A DNA stretch of 63,763 bases, filler included, from Octopus bimaculoides (taxonomy: Eukaryota), in assembly GCF_001194135.2 (NCBI RefSeq). It is 5 parts of 4 records of this genome, joined end to end, with 100 filler letters (N's around TTAATTAATTAA, not from the genome) between each part and the next. Parts side by side here need not be neighbours in the genome. Positions count along the whole stretch, not along the records: positions 41,937 to 63,763 come from NC_069006.1; 4 more parts are not named here. One strand, given 5' to 3'. A model generated the notes under the pieces. It was not told the origin of the DNA. It did not search any database and worked only from the letters and a program-made list of their open reading frames with translations. This document shows, in pieces, positions 61,193 through 63,763 of the stretch; positions within the stretch are counted from its first letter, which is position 1; the number at the start of each line of letters is the position of its first letter. The position numbers were made by a program, and so were the translations under genes.

Positions 61193-61545
61193 TGCACAGT
61201 CTGTGACAGACCATGTCTGTCCTTGGCTGGCCTCAAATCTAACCTGTGAACCCATGGAAAACAAACTTCAACCAACTATTCTGACTATATGTCTGTGCAC
61301 GCGTTTGAATGTGGTGTATGCCAGAAGGCTTGCAAATCCAATGGGGGTCTTAAAAGACATGTTAGGATCCACAATGAGTAGAACTTACTTGCAGGTATTG
61401 GTAGTTCAAATCAGAGGTGCAATCTGTGTGGGTGTTTTTTCAAAGCATTGTCTGGCTTAAAAAGCCACATCAGACGCCATGAAAGGGCTAAGGTGTAGGT
61501 GCAGGAGGTGGTCAAACACTGTGTAAGGAGTAGACAACCACCATA
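61193..61545 (+). pseudogene. Three C2H2 zinc fingers in one frame with two premature stops; probably the 3' end of an RTE-like LINE
   Basis: CTVCDRPCLSLAGLKSNL*TH, CGVCQKACKSNGGLKRHVRIH, CNLCGCFFKALSGLKSHIRRH; natural stop at 61496-61498, short UTR, (AT)n tail. Confidence 0.8.
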
Positions 61546-61553
61546 TATATATA

Positions 61554-61594
<41 letters not shown>

Positions 61595-61734
61595 TACACA
61601 CGTACGCACGCATAGCACAAACTTGTAGCTGGAAGTGAAGTATCAACACTATAAAAACAGGATATTTCATTTCAGACGTGATGAACTTTGAGAAACACTA
61701 GCATTGCTTAGTAATGAGGTTTTCCTTTCTCATG

Positions 61735-62690
61735 CATTGCTAGACGCCAACTGCAAGCTAGCCACAGGACTCCACGAAACCTACATAAAACCTAGCACTA
61801 ACCTCAAATACATAAACACATCCAGTAACCATCCGAACTTTATTAAGGGAGGAATGGTACAAAGCTTAAGCAATAGAATTTCATGCCTCTCTTCCAACCA
61901 AGTTATTTTTAATAAGTATAAAGAAATTTACAATAGCTGTGTGGTAAAGTGTAGGCGTAGGAGTGGCTGTGTGGTAAGTAGCTTGCTTACGAACCACATG
62001 ATTCCGGGTTCAGTCCCACAGCATGGCACCTTGGGCAAGTGTCTTCTACTATAGCCTCAGGCTGACCAAAGCCTTGTGAGTGGATTTGGTTGAGGGAAAA
62101 TGAAAGAAGCTTGTCGTATATATGTGTGTGTGTGTGTATATGTTTATATGTCTGTGTTTGTCCCCACCAACATCGCTTGACAACCGATGCTAGTGTGTTT
62201 GCATCCCCGTAACTTAGTGGTTCGGCAAAAGAGACCAATAGAATAAGTACTAGGCTTACAAAGAATAAGTCCTGGGGTCGATTTGCTCGAGTAAAGGCGG
62301 TGCTCCAGCATGGCCACAATCAAAATGACTGAAACAAGTAAAAGAGAGAGCGCATTGGATAAAGCAGGCCACACACAAAATATTAAATACCTAGGCCTTG
62401 ACCGCTATGCAAGTGACCAGAACAACATAAATGCCCAAGATAATATTCATAACACTAACCACATTCCAAACGAAACTAATCGACCACACCAACAATATGA
62501 ACAACATAGATAAGATTAATACCAATAATAACAAAAAAAAACTATAGAAACAGTGTTAAAGTTCATACACAACTAACTAACAATATTACAAACAATAGCA
62601 AAAGGAATACCAATTAATACCAGTTAATACCAATTACTACCAGTTAATAAAATTAAGAATACTAACACGACTAATAATAATATAAACTTG
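61735..62690 (+). mobile_element. Penelope-like element fragment: RT thumb and Asn-rich linker, split by a SINE
   Basis: LDANCKLATGLHETYIKPSTNLKYINTSSNHP..SNRISCLSSNQVIFNKYKEIYNS, resuming as ALDKAGH after the insertion. Confidence 0.8.
61938..62351 (+). mobile_element. CORE-type SINE family B inserted in the PLE ORF
   Basis: Full SINE; AGC occurs at both junctions (61935-61937 and 62349-62351). Confidence 0.9.
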
Positions 62691-62696
62691 GTGCAC

Positions 62697-63240
62697 TCAC
62701 CCTCCCACCAGTACCGGAAGTTACTATCCTCTCCACCAGTACCGGTAGTTCCTAGCCTCTCCACCAGAACCGGAAGTTCCTATCCTCTCCACCAGTACCG
62801 GAAGTTCCTATCCTCTCCACCAGAACCGGAAGTTCCTAGCCTCTCCACCAGAACCGGAAGTTCCTATCCTCTCCACCAGAACCGGAAGTTCCTAGCCTCT
62901 CCACCAGTACCGGAAGTTCCTATCCTCTCCACCAGTACCGGAAATTCCTATCCTCTCCACCAGTACCGGAAGTTACAATCCTCTCCACCAGTACCGGAAG
63001 TTACTATCCTCACCACCAGTACCGGAAGTTACTATCCTCTCCACCAGAACCGGAAATTCCTATCCTCTCCACCAGTACCGGAAGTTTCTATCCTCTCCAT
63101 CAGTACCGGAAATTCCTATCCTCTCCACCAGAATCGGAAATTCCTATCCTCTCCACCAGTACCGGAAGTTACTATCCTCTCCACCAGTACCGGAAGTTCC
63201 TACCCTCTCCATCAGTACCGGAAGTTTCTATTCCTCTCCC
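62697..63240 (+). repeat. 28-bp minisatellite, 19 units
   Basis: Unit consensus AG(T/A)ACCGGAAGTT(C/A)CTATCCTCTCCACC. Confidence 0.95.
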
Positions 63241-63419
63241 ATCCTTTGGTTGTCTCCCATGAACATTTCTAAAGGCTTCACTCCACCCCCACCCCTACTT
63301 AGGGTTTATCTCCTCCTATGTAAGGTAGTAATCATATACTGCAAAAATATGATGGTGTAGTGTATGCAGGTTGAATTGAAGGCTACTGCTTGTTTATGAA
63401 TTCTGCCGAATGCAAGCTT

Positions 63420-63710
63420 TCTTTTCAGGTACATGACACTGCTGTCCCCCGTCCCAGGGTCTCATGGGCCCATACCTCCCACACCCTCAGGGTTGGCACT
63501 CTCAACATCAGCACACTGAAAGGTAGGACTGGTGAGATTGTTGAGATGCTTGAACAGAGACGTGTAGATTTGTGCTGCCCCCAAGAAGTTAGGTTCCGCT
63601 AGGTTCCTCACAGGCAAAGAACACAGGTACAAGATTTTCTGGGCAGAGAACACAGACGGGATTGGGGGTGTGGGTGTACTTCTTGCAGAGAAATGGGTGG
63701 ATGGTTACTG
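63420..63710 (+). mobile_element. RTE-clade LINE fragment: N-terminus of the APE endonuclease
   Basis: LRVGTLNISTLKGRTGEIVEMLEQRRVDLCCPQEVRFR..YKIFW..GIGGVGVLLAEKWVD. Confidence 0.88.
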
Positions 63711-63763
63711 GATGTGTTTATGTATTTGAGGTTAGTGCTAGGTTTTATGTAGGGTTCGTGGAG

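Noticed and set aside
62697-63240. CRISPR-like regular repeats (also 50632-50920)
   Set aside because: Head-to-tail units without unique spacers, eukaryotic context, no cas genes
62688-63272. 194-aa Pro/Ser-rich repetitive ORF
   Set aside because: The 28-bp unit lacks stops in all three plus frames by chance and is not a multiple of 3; the start is non-ATG

Overview
Repeat-saturated, AT-rich eukaryotic DNA from a gapped short-read assembly (roughly 7 kb of N, plus four artificial TTAATTAATTAA linkers). The SINE and microsatellite content points to an octopus (coleoid cephalopod) genome; this is an inference. No intact host protein-coding gene can be supported, and nearly all long ORFs in the track are N-run or microsatellite artefacts. 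The window holds at least five tRNA-derived or RTE-related short-element families and decayed LINE fragments (Tx1/L1, five or six R4/Dong-type restriction-like-endonuclease pieces, several RTE pieces). It also holds a decayed Ty3/gypsy pol, a probable solo LTR, an internally deleted Helitron, a 91-bp mini-Helitron, a full-length decayed mariner, mariner and piggyBac MITEs, Penelope-like element (PLE) fragments, an orphan 5.8S rRNA copy and two minisatellites. The most striking hidden signal is about ten minimal type-I hammerhead-ribozyme (HHR) motifs from roughly five unrelated sequence families between 36.3 and 48.3 kb. They include an inverted double HHR, a tandem 490-nt retrozyme-like unit, an HHR downstream of a PLE GIY-YIG end, and an HHR inside a tRNA-headed SINE-like element. 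All alignments and RNA folds were done by eye, and element boundaries are approximate unless junction sequences are quoted.
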